Assembly (NCBI GenBank): GCA_023392575.1
Contig: JAEVYV010000319.1
Span: 1-51,143 of the forward strand
DNA length: 51,143 nt
Direction of reading: 5' to 3'
From: Bacteroidota bacterium
GTDB taxonomy: Bacteria > Bacteroidota > Bacteroidia > Chitinophagales > Chitinophagaceae
Position numbers and translations under genes: made by a program. Of the stretch, positions 16,025-26,900 are shown piece after piece (within the stretch, counting starts at the first letter, position 1; every line of letters begins with the position of its first letter). Under the pieces are notes generated by a model. That model searched no databases. It saw only the letters and a program-made list of their open reading frames with translations, and had not been told where the DNA came from.

Positions 16025-18793
16025 ATGAAACGACCTTCGCTCCTTCTGCTGTTTTTTTTCTTTTCCTTATGGGCGTTGGCGCAAAGTTTTGGCGGTTTTC
16101 CACCTTCTACCCGGTGGCGGCAGATCAACACCGATACGGCCCGCATCATTTTTACAAAAGGTGCAGCGCAGCAGGCCGAACGCATTGCTGCCTTCGTTCA
16201 CCAACAGGCGGCTGATTCTTTTTTTTCCATCGGCGATAAGATAAGAAAGGTGAACATTGTGTTGCAAAGCCGCACTACGCTGGCCAATGGTTACGTGGCC
16301 CTGGCGCCGTTCCGAAGCGAGTATTACCTGATTCCCTCGTCCAATGTATTTGAATTTGGCAACCTGCCCTGGTACGAAAACCTGGCCGTGCATGAATACC
16401 GCCATGTGCAGCAATACAATAATTTTAAAAATGGATGGAGCAAAGGACTGTTTTATCTTTTTGGTGAACAGGGACAGGCCCTGGGAAATGCTTTAACGGT
16501 GCCCGACTGGTTTTTTGAAGGCGATGCCGTACACGCCGAAACGGCGTTGACCCAACAGGGCAGGGGACGGTTGCCGTATTTTTTAAGCGGCTATAACAGC
16601 TTGTGGCTGGAAGGCAAGAATTACAGTTGGCAAAAGCTGCGCAATGGTTCGCTGAAAGATTATGTGCCCAACCATTACCAGTTGGGCTACCTGCTAACCA
16701 ACTACGGTTATTTAAAATATGGAAGTGATTTTTGGGAGAAGGTGACTAAAGACGCCAGTGCTTTTAAAGGCTTGTTTTATCCTTTTCAAAAAGCAGTGAA
16801 AAAATATGCAGGCGTTGATTACAAAACCTTCCGCAACGAGGCCCTGCAATTTTATCAGCAGAAGTTGGGCGAAGAAAAAGAGCCGGGTGTTGTGAAAACC
16901 AAAACCGTTACCAACTATTTTTTTCCCCAGTACGTTTCAAAGGATTCGCTGTTGTACTTGAAAACGGCGTACAATAAAATTCCGGCTTTTTACATAAGAG
17001 ATCAGCGGGGCGAACACCGGCTGGCACAACAAAGCATCAGTTCCGAAGAATGGTTTAGTTACCGTAAAGGGAAGATTGCCTACACGGCTTTCAGCACCCA
17101 TCCCCGGTGGAGCCTCATTGATTACAGCGACGTGGTGCTCCTGGACGTGGCTACCGGCCGGGAGCAGCGGCTGACGGCAAAGGCCCGTTATTATACGCCG
17201 GATCTTTCGCCTTCGGGCAATAAGATCGTTGCCGTCCGCATCACCGATTCGCTGGAAACAGAACTGCAGGTGTTGAATGCAGCCGATGGTTCGCTGATAA
17301 CAAAGATCGGTTCCGTAAAAGATTATTATTATCTCAACCCCCGTTTTGTGGATGAGAACACGATTGTTGTGGCCGCCCGTACGCCGGATTCAAAAACTTC
17401 CCTGCAATTGTTTGATCTGATGACCAACCAGTGGGAAGAGATCATTCCGGCTTCGTACAACACCATCGGCCTTCCTTTTGTGGCAGGCAATACGGTTTAT
17501 TTTATGTCCAATGCCCAGGCCAACGACGACCTCTATGCCGTGAGCCTCAAGGACAAGACCATTTATCAATTGACACAGGACCGGACCGGCAATTATTATC
17601 CCTCTGTTTTTAACGATACCCTCGTGTGGTCGCATTTTACAGCAGAAGGTTTGCAAATACGCACCGCTCCCCTGAATGCTTCGGCGTGGAGCGAGGTAAA
17701 CAGAATGACCTGGCCTGAGCGGGCCAGCCTGTACCCGGTTGCATTGGCGGATCATCCCATAAGCCCGGCGCCCCGCCGTTTTTCCGAACAGCGGTATAGC
17801 AAGTCGAAAGGACTGATCAATTTTCATAGCTGGTCGCCCAATTATGTGGATCCTGAATTTACCTTCAGCCTGTACAGTGATAATATCCTCAATACGTTTT
17901 CCAACCAGTTGTTCTACCGCTACAACCGAAACGAGTCATCGCATGGCATTGGCTGGAACACGGCGTATGGCGGGTTTTTTCCGGTGCTGAGCGCCGGCGC
18001 CGAGTACACCTACGACCGGCATCTTGATTTTTCCAGGGGCACCTTAACACTGGACCAGTTGGAGGTGAGGGGTGGCTACAATATTCCCTTGCGTTTTACC
18101 AAAGGCAAAACCTATAAGGCGCTCAATTTTGGATCGGACTATGTGTTCAACCATTTGCGGCCCACCGGTATTTGGAAGGATTCGTTTATGGCCCGCAGCA
18201 ACAGTTACCTGCGGCATTTTGCTTCCTGGTCGCACTATCTGCCCCGGGCGGTGCAGCAGATCTATCCCAAACTGGGTTGGGCTACGCTTTTGCAGCACCG
18301 GCACTTGTTGTCGGACAGGGGTTTTCAGTTTTATGGAAACTCGTTTCTCTACCTTCCTTCTTTGGGTAACCACAGCATTGTTGTCAATGCCTCGTTCCAG
18401 GAAACCGATACAAGCAACGTGGTGTTCAGCAACCTGTTTCCCAATTCCAGAGGCTATGATGAATACTATTTCTCCCGCATGTGGAAGGTAGCAGCCAATT
18501 ATCATTTTCCGATTGTCTATCCCGATTTTGGGTTTGCCAGCATCGTTTACCTGCAGCGGCTGAGAGGCAACTTGTTTTATGATTTTACCAGGGTGTATTC
18601 CAACAACAAAAAAGCATCCGCCCATTTAAGAAGCGTAGGGGGAGAGTTGTATTTTGATACCAAATGGTGGAACCAACTGCCTGTGTCGTTTGGGGTGCGG
18701 CTTAGTTATTTGCTGGATGATGGTTTTACCTCGCGGGACAGGAAAGGAAACACGTGGTTTGAACTGATCCTGCCGATGAACTTGCTGCCGTGA
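16025..18793 (+). CDS. Outer-membrane protein: N-terminal HExxH zincin-like domain, TolB-like propeller, C-terminal Omp85-like beta-barrel
   Basis: Signal peptide ending ALA-Q; HEYRH...WFFEG; PDLSPSGNKIV propeller motif; amphipathic C-terminal strands (SRGY, LRSVGGELYFD). Confidence 0.75.
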   Translation: MKRPSLLLLFFFFSLWALAQSFGGFPPSTRWRQINTDTARIIFTKGAAQQAERIAAFVHQQAADSFFSIGDKIRKVNIVLQSRTTLANGYVALAPFRSEYYLIPSSNVFEFGNLPWYENLAVHEYRHVQQYNNFKNGWSKGLFYLFGEQGQALGNALTVPDWFFEGDAVHAETALTQQGRGRLPYFLSGYNSLWLEGKNYSWQKLRNGSLKDYVPNHYQLGYLLTNYGYLKYGSDFWEKVTKDASAFKGLFYPFQKAVKKYAGVDYKTFRNEALQFYQQKLGEEKEPGVVKTKTVTNYFFPQYVSKDSLLYLKTAYNKIPAFYIRDQRGEHRLAQQSISSEEWFSYRKGKIAYTAFSTHPRWSLIDYSDVVLLDVATGREQRLTAKARYYTPDLSPSGNKIVAVRITDSLETELQVLNAADGSLITKIGSVKDYYYLNPRFVDENTIVVAARTPDSKTSLQLFDLMTNQWEEIIPASYNTIGLPFVAGNTVYFMSNAQANDDLYAVSLKDKTIYQLTQDRTGNYYPSVFNDTLVWSHFTAEGLQIRTAPLNASAWSEVNRMTWPERASLYPVALADHPISPAPRRFSEQRYSKSKGLINFHSWSPNYVDPEFTFSLYSDNILNTFSNQLFYRYNRNESSHGIGWNTAYGGFFPVLSAGAEYTYDRHLDFSRGTLTLDQLEVRGGYNIPLRFTKGKTYKALNFGSDYVFNHLRPTGIWKDSFMARSNSYLRHFASWSHYLPRAVQQIYPKLGWATLLQHRHLLSDRGFQFYGNSFLYLPSLGNHSIVVNASFQETDTSNVVFSNLFPNSRGYDEYYFSRMWKVAANYHFPIVYPDFGFASIVYLQRLRGNLFYDFTRVYSNNKKASAHLRSVGGELYFDTKWWNQLPVSFGVRLSYLLDDGFTSRDRKGNTWFELILPMNLLP

Positions 18794-18833
18794 TGTCTGA
18801 GCCGTGATTTTCAGGATGAAGGGATGGGTAGGA
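18794..18833 (+). repeat. tgtctga(a/g)ccgtgattt repeat, copy abutting the stop codon at 18793
   Basis: 16/17 match to the reverse complement of 20449-20465; third copy at 20331-20345. Confidence 0.65.
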
Positions 18834-19025
18834 AATTATTTGTCGCAAAGCCGCTAGGATGTTACGAAAGCCTTTGTTCGCCAGGCGCGTCTTTGCATGA
18901 AATTACTTATAAAAACAGTAAGGGTATCTTAATGAAAGAAGGATTTCCGGGCAAGAAAAGCGCAAACGGCTTTCCTGAACGGAACCATCTGCCCATTTAA
19001 AATTTTTATTTAAAGGACTGTTCTT

Positions 19026-20042
19026 TTACCGAGGCGGCCAGTCGTTACTGACATTGGGTAAGCCCACCACTTTGTACGTTACCACCCGGCCATCGAACTG
19101 CTGTTTTAAATAGGTGCCATCGGGTGTTTTGAATAACTCCTCTCCATTTACCGTTACGGTTTTTGAACCTTCCGGCAGTTGGGCCACCACATCGCCCAGT
19201 TGATGGGAAACAGAAGGCGCCGGCTGATTTTGTGTGTTATTGATCTTGCCGTTTTTCCCTACCACGGTGTACACGGTCTTTCCCTTGCTGTCTCTGTCTT
19301 CTTTGTAATACGTGCCGTTAAACTCGTAGAGTGGTTCGCCATTAATCTCCACTGATTTGGCGCCCTGTGGCAAGGCTGAGATCTGTGCGCCCATCGGCGC
19401 ATCTACCACCTCATACTGATTGTTGTACGAGCGGTAATAGGTTCCGTTGGCATAATAAAAGACACCCGGGCCCGCAAAAACCGGGTAATAGCCAAAGGGC
19501 GACAGGCGGACCGTTAGTCCTATTGGAGCAAAAACCGGGGTGTAAAAACCATCATAAAAGCCGAAGAAAAGGCCCGTGTTGTAATTGTAATAGTATGGAT
19601 ACCCTCCATAATACAGGGCCAGGCTGCCATAGGGCAGTACAGAATAACGCGGCGCTCCGGCAAATACATAGCGCTGCGGCACGTAAACATTTTTATACAC
19701 GCCTGGGGCACCGGGATAGTATCGGCCAAAGGTTCTTTGTTGCGCTGCATTGCCTAAAATACTCTGCCGGGCAAGATCCCGGGGGCTTTTGGCGGTTGCA
19801 ATCGTTCTGTTGGGCGGGGTCTGGCCAAAGGAGCCTCGGTATTGGGGCAAAGAAGCCCCCCTTTCCATCCGGGGCGCTGTGATTCGCGGCCGGTCCGTTT
19901 GGTAAATGCCGCTGTTTCGGCCCGGGGCTCTTTCCTGGCCATCGTGTGCTCTTCCGCCGCGTTGTGCATGTGCACCCACAAACAGGCCTGTGCTCAATAA
20001 AATGGTAAACAAGAACCGGGTGATTTTTAGAAAGTTTTTCAT
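19026..20042 (-). CDS. Secreted protein with Arg/Pro-rich N-terminus and DUF6515-like repeats
   Basis: Signal peptide from MKNFLK ending AHA-Q; YYANGTYY, YEVVDAPMGA and LPQGAKSV.ING repeats. Confidence 0.75.
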   Translation of the reverse strand: MKNFLKITRFLFTILLSTGLFVGAHAQRGGRAHDGQERAPGRNSGIYQTDRPRITAPRMERGASLPQYRGSFGQTPPNRTIATAKSPRDLARQSILGNAAQQRTFGRYYPGAPGVYKNVYVPQRYVFAGAPRYSVLPYGSLALYYGGYPYYYNYNTGLFFGFYDGFYTPVFAPIGLTVRLSPFGYYPVFAGPGVFYYANGTYYRSYNNQYEVVDAPMGAQISALPQGAKSVEINGEPLYEFNGTYYKEDRDSKGKTVYTVVGKNGKINNTQNQPAPSVSHQLGDVVAQLPEGSKTVTVNGEELFKTPDGTYLKQQFDGRVVTYKVVGLPNVSNDWPPR

Positions 20043-20393
20043 GATTTTTTCATTAGGCGTTAACAGATAAACCAGGCAGCAGAAAGAAAAGCAAACGCCG
20101 AAACTACCATCAAAGCCGGTTTTCAAAAGAATTGCCTGCGGCTGCCTGCTCTTCATTTCAACCACATAACTTGTGCCGTATGTATCAAACGCATAGTCTG
20201 AAAAAAGATTTCACCGGAATTTATATTTTGCTTTTTTACGGGCTTTATTGAAGAGCTGTATAAGAAAAGAGAGAGTGAGAAATGGACTGGAGCAGCATGG
20301 AAAGAAGGGACGGGTGCCGTATTTGGTTAATCTGAACTGTGATTTGGGGTAGTTTTTATGATTGTCTGAATTAAACATATCTCCTTAAAGCAA

Positions 20394-20421
20394 AAAGAGT
20401 CTTCATTTTTGAAGACTCTTT
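20394..20421 (-). terminator. valS terminator
   Basis: 12-bp perfect stem aaagagtcttca/tgaagactcttt with a T run on the minus strand. Confidence 0.75.
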
Positions 20422-20451
20422 ATTTCCTGCTAATCTGTTAATCTTTCCAAA

Positions 20452-23127
20452 TCACGGTTCAGACAATGTTTTCAAACTTTCTTCAATGGCCTTGATCTTT
20501 TCTTCCGCATCGGCTTTTTTCTTTCTTTCTGTTTCCACAACCTCGGGCTTAGCGTTTTGCACAAAGCGTTCGTTGCTTAGTTTCTTGTCAACGGAAACCA
20601 AAAAGCCTTTCAGGTATTCCAGGTCTTTAAGCAATTGTTCTTTTTGTGCTGTGGTGTCCACAACAGCTTCCGATTCGAGATAAAATTTATCAGTACCAAC
20701 GACTACTGTAATGGTGTTGGCAACAGCATCAGTTATAAAATCAATTTCGCTGGCGTTTACCTGTTTGGCTAAAATAGGTTCGATAAATTCAAAACCTGCC
20801 TTATCCGCAGTTTGTATGTGCAGCTTAATGGTTTCTTTGGGTTTAAGGTTGTTCTTGTTTCTTGCATCCCTCACCGCGGTAATCACTTCCTTTAGCATTT
20901 GGCCCTGTTTAAGCACTGTTGCGGGTGAAAGATCAGAAATGTTCGAGTGGTGGTTGCCTACTTCGCCTATTAACTTTATTGTCAGATCATCACCCTGTTT
21001 ACGTGTTCTCAACTGGTGATAAATTTCTTCTGTAACAAAAGGCATGAAGGGATGCAGTAACTGCATCAGCTCTTCAAAAAAGTCTAAGGTGCAAGTCAGT
21101 ATGTGGCCGTCGATCTTTTCACCATAAGGCGGTTTTACCCATTCCAGGTACCAACTGCAGAAATCATCCCAAATCAGCGAGTAAATGGTTTTTAGCGCCT
21201 CGCTTAAACGGAAGTCTTTATACAATTCCTCTACCTGTTGCTTTACTTCGGTCAGACGGTTTTCAAACCAGGTGCAGGCAAAACTGGCTTTTTCAAAATC
21301 CTCCTTGCTTCTATCGCTAACCAGCACGCCATTCTCCTCCCACATTTTTACCAGCTTCAGGGCGTTCCACAATTTGTTGTTGAAGAAGCGGCCTTGTTCG
21401 CAGCTGCTGTCGTCAAACAACAGGTCGTTGCCGGCGGGAGAGGAAATCAGGATGCCAAAGCGAACCGCATCGGCGCCAAAGCGGTCAATGAGGTCGAGCA
21501 GGTCGGGAGAGTTGCCGAGGCTTTTGCTCATTTTTCTTCCCTGCTTGTCGCGGACCATGCCGGTAAAATACACATGGTCGAAGGGCTTTTTATTCATGTA
21601 CTCTTCTCCGGCCATGATCATGCGGGCCACCCAGAAGAAGATGATATCCTGCCCGGTTACCAGTACCGAGGTGGGGTAGTAGTATTCAATATCGGGATTG
21701 TGTGGCTGGCTAATGCCGTTGAATACTTCAATGGGCCAGAGCCAGGAGGAGAACCAGGTGTCCAAAACATCTTCATCCTGCCTTAAGGGCACGTCGTTTC
21801 TTTCAAACTGGGCATTGTAGAGCTCTTTTGCTTCTTCTTCCGTTGCGGCTACCACAAACCTTCCTTCCGCGTCGTACCAGGCCGGTATGCGCTGTCCCCA
21901 CCACAATTGCCTGGAAATACACCAGTCTTTTATATTCTCCAGCCAGTATTTGTAGGTGGCTAAAAAGCGTTCTTCGGGATGAATTTTTACCTCCCCGCTG
22001 GTTACGGCATTCAGGGCCTTGTCGGCCAGGCCACGCATTTTTACAAACCACTGTGTGGAGATCCGGGGCTCGACCACTACAGATGTTCTTTGTGAAAAAC
22101 CAAGGCGGGTCTGGTATTCTTCTTCTTTTACCAGTAAGCCGTCGGCTTTTAATTTTTCAATGGCGGCTTTTCTGGCTTCAAAGCGGTCCATGCCCACAAA
22201 CACTTCCGCTGCGGCGCTCAGTGTTCCATTTTCATTCAACGTATCAATGGTAGGCAGGTTATGTTTCAGTCCAAGATTGTAGTCGTTGATATCATGCGCC
22301 GGGGTGACTTTCAGGGCGCCGGTGCCAAAGGTCGGATCCACATAGTCGTCGAAAATGACAGGCACTTCCCGATTCACCAGGGGTACAATAATCTTTTTCC
22401 CTTTCAGGTGCTGATAGCGTTCATCAGCCGGATTTACGCAAACAGCGGTGTCACCCATGATGGTTTCGGGGCGCTGGGTGGCGATCGTTAGATATTCATC
22501 ACTGTCAACCACCTTATATTTTACGTAGTATAATTTACCCTGTATGTCTTTATATTCTACTTCTTCATCGCTCAGGGCTGTTTGTGCGGCGGGGTCCCAG
22601 TTGATCATCCGGGCGCCGCGGTAGATCATTCCCTTGTTGTACAGGTCAACAAATACCTTGATGACGGCTTTGTAATAGTGATCGTCCATGGTAAACGTAA
22701 CCCGGTCCCAATCTACACTGCAGCCCAGTTTTTTGATCTGGTGGTAAATGATGCCGCCGTATTTTTCTTTCCACTCAAAAGCATGTTTCAGGAAGTCTTC
22801 TCTGGACAGCTCGTGTTTGGAAATGCCTTTTTCTTTTTCCAGCATTTGCACCACTTTGGCTTCGGTGGCAATGGAGGCGTGGTCGCTGCCGGGCACCCAG
22901 CAGGCGTTAAAGCCGCTCATACGGGCCTTGCGCACCAGCACGTCCTGAACCGTTTCGTTGAGCGTATGGCCCATGTGCAGCACGCCGGTTACGTTGGGCG
23001 GGGGAATCACCACGGTAAAAGGAGGCCGGTTGTCGGGTTTGCTGTTAAAATATCTATTTTCCAGCCAGTGGCGGTACCATTTTTCCTCAACGGCCTGCGG
23101 TTCAAAATTTTTGGAAAGAGTGCTCAT
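20452..23127 (-). CDS. valS: Valine--tRNA ligase
   Basis: PPPNVTGVLHMGH, DWCISRQLWWG, DVLDTWFSS, KMSKS and a C-terminal coiled coil. Confidence 0.98.
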   Translation of the reverse strand: MSTLSKNFEPQAVEEKWYRHWLENRYFNSKPDNRPPFTVVIPPPNVTGVLHMGHTLNETVQDVLVRKARMSGFNACWVPGSDHASIATEAKVVQMLEKEKGISKHELSREDFLKHAFEWKEKYGGIIYHQIKKLGCSVDWDRVTFTMDDHYYKAVIKVFVDLYNKGMIYRGARMINWDPAAQTALSDEEVEYKDIQGKLYYVKYKVVDSDEYLTIATQRPETIMGDTAVCVNPADERYQHLKGKKIIVPLVNREVPVIFDDYVDPTFGTGALKVTPAHDINDYNLGLKHNLPTIDTLNENGTLSAAAEVFVGMDRFEARKAAIEKLKADGLLVKEEEYQTRLGFSQRTSVVVEPRISTQWFVKMRGLADKALNAVTSGEVKIHPEERFLATYKYWLENIKDWCISRQLWWGQRIPAWYDAEGRFVVAATEEEAKELYNAQFERNDVPLRQDEDVLDTWFSSWLWPIEVFNGISQPHNPDIEYYYPTSVLVTGQDIIFFWVARMIMAGEEYMNKKPFDHVYFTGMVRDKQGRKMSKSLGNSPDLLDLIDRFGADAVRFGILISSPAGNDLLFDDSSCEQGRFFNNKLWNALKLVKMWEENGVLVSDRSKEDFEKASFACTWFENRLTEVKQQVEELYKDFRLSEALKTIYSLIWDDFCSWYLEWVKPPYGEKIDGHILTCTLDFFEELMQLLHPFMPFVTEEIYHQLRTRKQGDDLTIKLIGEVGNHHSNISDLSPATVLKQGQMLKEVITAVRDARNKNNLKPKETIKLHIQTADKAGFEFIEPILAKQVNASEIDFITDAVANTITVVVGTDKFYLESEAVVDTTAQKEQLLKDLEYLKGFLVSVDKKLSNERFVQNAKPEVVETERKKKADAEEKIKAIEESLKTLSEP

Positions 23128-23138
23128 GCTTAAAAATA

Positions 23139-23175
23139 AAATTGGTGTGCAAATTTACGGGCTGCACACCAATTT
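23139..23175 (-). terminator. 13-bp hairpin, likely terminator of the two-component operon, overlapping a TAAATTTG -7 element for valS
   Basis: aaattggtgtgca...tgcacaccaattt; caaattta at 23150-23157. Confidence 0.6.
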
Positions 23176-23281
23176 AGTTGACTGGTTGATAAGTTGAATA
23201 GTTGACCTGTTAAATGTTTGAAAGGGTTAATGGAGAAGCTACAGCCAGAGGGCAGCTAATCAACCAATTAACTTGTCAACT
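23175..23281. repeat. Inverted octamer tracts (tagttgac / gtcaact type)
   Basis: tagttgactggttgataagttgaatagttgac opposed by atcaaccaattaacttgtcaact. Confidence 0.65.
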
Positions 23282-23295
23282 GAAGAAACGAATGA

Positions 23296-23943
23296 TCAGC
23301 CTTCAAAATCCAGCTGGCTGTTGTTGATGAAGTTCACCAAGGCCGCAGCATTTTTGAGGTTGAGTTTCTTTAAGATATTGTAACGGTGCACTTCCACGGT
23401 TTTGACCGAAATGTTCAGGGCATCGGCAATTTCTTTGGAGGAGTTGCCTTTTTTGATAAAGGCAATGATCTCAATTTCTCTTTGGGAAAGGGAATTGAGG
23501 CCGTTTTGCTGGTCGTCGCCACTGATCACCTGTTCGGATAAGATGTTTTTGATCTCATCACAGATGTATTTTCTTCCACTTTGGATTTCCATGATGGCCT
23601 TGAACATTTCTTCGCGGGAGGAATTTTTGGTTACATAACCCATAGCCCCTTTTTGGATCATTTTACGGGCATAGGTAGGCTGGGTATGCAGCGAAACGCC
23701 AAGGATTTTTGATGCAGGCGAAAACTTGCGGATTTGCTGGGTGGCTTCAATGCCGTTCATGCCCGGCAAATTGATGTCCATGATGACAATTTGCGGACGC
23801 AATTGCTTGGCTAATTCCACGGCATCTTCACCGCTGCCACTCTCTGCAATTACCTTAAACCGGGGGTCGGTGTTTAAAATAAAGCTCCAGGTTTCCCGCA
23901 CCAGGGTGTGATCGTCTGCAATCAGAATGGTAATTTTTTCCAT
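23296..23943 (-). CDS. NarL/FixJ-family response regulator (REC + LuxR HTH)
   Basis: ILIADDH, MDINLPGMNG and LSQREIEI...ISVKTVEVHR motifs. Confidence 0.95.
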   Translation of the reverse strand: MEKITILIADDHTLVRETWSFILNTDPRFKVIAESGSGEDAVELAKQLRPQIVIMDINLPGMNGIEATQQIRKFSPASKILGVSLHTQPTYARKMIQKGAMGYVTKNSSREEMFKAIMEIQSGRKYICDEIKNILSEQVISGDDQQNGLNSLSQREIEIIAFIKKGNSSKEIADALNISVKTVEVHRYNILKKLNLKNAAALVNFINNSQLDFEG

Positions 23944-23945
23944 AG

Positions 23946-26900
23946 TTACTGTGGATGTAAAGTGTTTGTTTGCATTATTGGAAAACTGATCATGATCCTT
24001 GAACCCTTGTTCAGCGTACTTTCAATCGTATGCGAACCATTGATCAGATAAATACGGTTTTGAATGTTTTTCAGGCCAGCACCCCTTCGCACGGTTTGCA
24101 CATTAAAGCCAATGCCATTGTCCTCAATAATCACTTCGGCAGCACCGGTGTTTTGAGCCATCCGGATGGAAACGCCGGTGGCTTTGGCATGTTTGATGGC
24201 ATTGTTCAGGGCCTCCTGGATGATGCGAAAGACCGTAAGTTTTTGATTCTTATCCAGTAGGTCTTCCAATTTTTCATCCGTCGACAAACTTACATTAAGT
24301 TTCCGTGTCAGGTTAATATTTTCAATGAGGTCCCGGACCGAATCCATCAGCCCCAGATCCCCGATACTGGGATTCATCAGCGACCGGGACAGCTGCCGGA
24401 TTTCGTTAATGACGTTTAGTATGTTTTTGTTGGACTTTAAGATCAGTTCATCTTTTAAGTCGGGGCTGCTAAAAGCCAGGTCCAGGTAGAGTTTGGTTGT
24501 GGTCAGCAACTGGTTGACATTGTCGTGCAATTCCTTGCCAATTTCCATGCGCTCCTGTTCCTGGGTTTCTATGGTGGCCAGGTTAATGGCTTTTTGATGT
24601 TCGAGTTCGGTGTTTAACAGCTCCCGTTCCAGGCGTTTTCTTTCCGAAATATCCTGGGCCGCTCCTATTACCCGCACCGCCTGACCGCTTTCGTCGCGGA
24701 TGATGATGCCACGGTCATAAATATGTGCATAGGTTCCGTTTACCCGCTTAAAGCGGTATTCTGTTTCCACCTTTTCGGGTTTGGAGGAATGACGAATTCC
24801 GTCTATGATTTTTTTGACTTTTCCCTGGTCTTCGGGATGAATGTAGGTTAGCCATCGGTCCATGTGGTAAATCTCGCTATTGCTCTCCATGCCGTAAATG
24901 CTTTTCACTCCGGCAGGGTCGCGGTAAACGGTGTTGGTGCTGAGGTCCCAGTCCCAGATAAGATCGTGGGTCGCCTTCATCACAATATCAAACCGTTCAT
25001 TGTCTGTCTTAATTTGTTGCAACGACCAGCGGTTCTCCATGACGATGCGTAAAATATTCCGAAACCGTTCAAAAATGGTCAGTTCTTCCGGCGAGGGGGC
25101 CTGAGGGGTATTGTAGTATACACTGAAGCTGCCCATTACCCGGCCCGATGCATGAATGATGGGAAAGGACCAGCAGGCGCTGAGACGAAAACGAGCGACC
25201 TGGTCCTTGTATTTTTGGTAAAGGGGATCATTGCTTGTATCGGCTGAAATAAAGGTTTTTTTAAAGTACATGGCTGCCCCGCTGCACCCTTCGTCCGGAC
25301 CGATGGGAGAGCCTTTGATTGCTGCGGTTAAGGAGGCTGGAAAACGCGGCGCAATAACCGATTCTATGACATGGTCCTCGCTCAATAAAAATACCGAAGT
25401 GATGGCCTCCGGATAAATTTCCTCTATCCCGTTTAAAAAGGTTTCAACAACTTTTTGAATTTCGTGTTCGGGATTGGCAGAAAGCTCAAAAATGGTGCGT
25501 TCAAGCGACAGGAGGTCTTCACTCCGTTTGCTTTCGGTGATGTCCTTCATGGCGCCAATCATGCGAATGGCTTTTCCTTCGCTGTCGCGGATAACGTAAC
25601 CCCGGTCAGTAACATAAGCATAGCTGCCGTTGGCTCTTTGGTAACGGAAGCTATCCTGCCAGTTGGTTTGTTTGGGGTCGTTGATGACGGCATGCAGGCC
25701 TTGCACCACCCGTTCCCGGTCATCGGGGTAAAGGTGATCGGTGCAGTGGTCGAACGAAAGCACGGGCCCCTTATGTGCCGGCCACCCGAATTTTTCAAAA
25801 AAACTGTCGGACCAAAGCATTTCATTAGTGGCCAGGTCCCAGTCCCAGATCATATCATGCGTGGCCAGTATTACATGCTTGTAGCGTTCGTTGGTTCGCC
25901 GGATCTCTTCTTCTATTTGTTTTTCGTTGGTTATGTTTCTCAGGGCCCCCACAACTTTTAAAGCTCGGCCATGAATGTTGCGTAAGATCACGGCTTTGTC
26001 GTGAACAACGGCATAAGTGCCATCGGCTTTTAAATAGCGGTATTCTTTTTCCCACCGGTCTACCGTGTTATCCTGAATGGCGCGGTAGTAACTTTCCAGG
26101 GTTTGGTTCTTGTCATCGGGATGAATGTAATCTTCCCAGGTATCGTATTTTCTAAACTCTTCGGCTTTCCAGCCCAGGATGTCGGTATAGGTGGAACTGA
26201 TATAGGCTTCTTCGGTCAGCATATCCCATTCCCACAGGGCTTCGGACGAGGCAATGGCCGCCAGCCGGAAGCGTTCGTTGCTTTTTCGCAGCTCCGTTTC
26301 AATCACCACCCTTGGCGTTACGTCCTGCACCACAACCAGCCGGGCTTCTGCGCCCTGGTAGTTGATGGCGTTGCTTTTCAGATCAATAAAAATGCTCCGG
26401 CCGTCTTTTATTTTGTGCCGCCAGTTGGTTAAGGAAAAAGTTTTTTGAACCACTTTTCCGGTAAACAATTGCAGAAAATCGGCCATGTTGTCTTCTACCT
26501 GAATGTCGAATATACTCAGGTTGAGGAACTCGTCCCGGGAATAGCCATAATGCCGGACGGCAGCTTCGTTGACCTCCAGAAACTTCAGGGTTCGGGAGTG
26601 GTAGATCCAGCAGGGAAGCGGGTTGTTGTAAAACAGCGTTCTATATTGTTGTTCGGAAAGGGCCAGTTGTTCTTTGGCCTCCAACTGCTCGATCTCGGCT
26701 TTCTTTTTGTCCGTAATGTTTTTGGACCGGACAACAAGGCCGGTAACGTTTTCTGCAGCGTCTTTAATGGGCTGGAAATAATGTTTGATATAATTGACCG
26801 CACCGTCGATAACAATTTGCGATTCGGTGGTTTCAACCGCTCCTTGCAGTACCCGGGCGCACACATCGGTTACCAGAGGCAATTCCTTAGGGGTGGCCAA

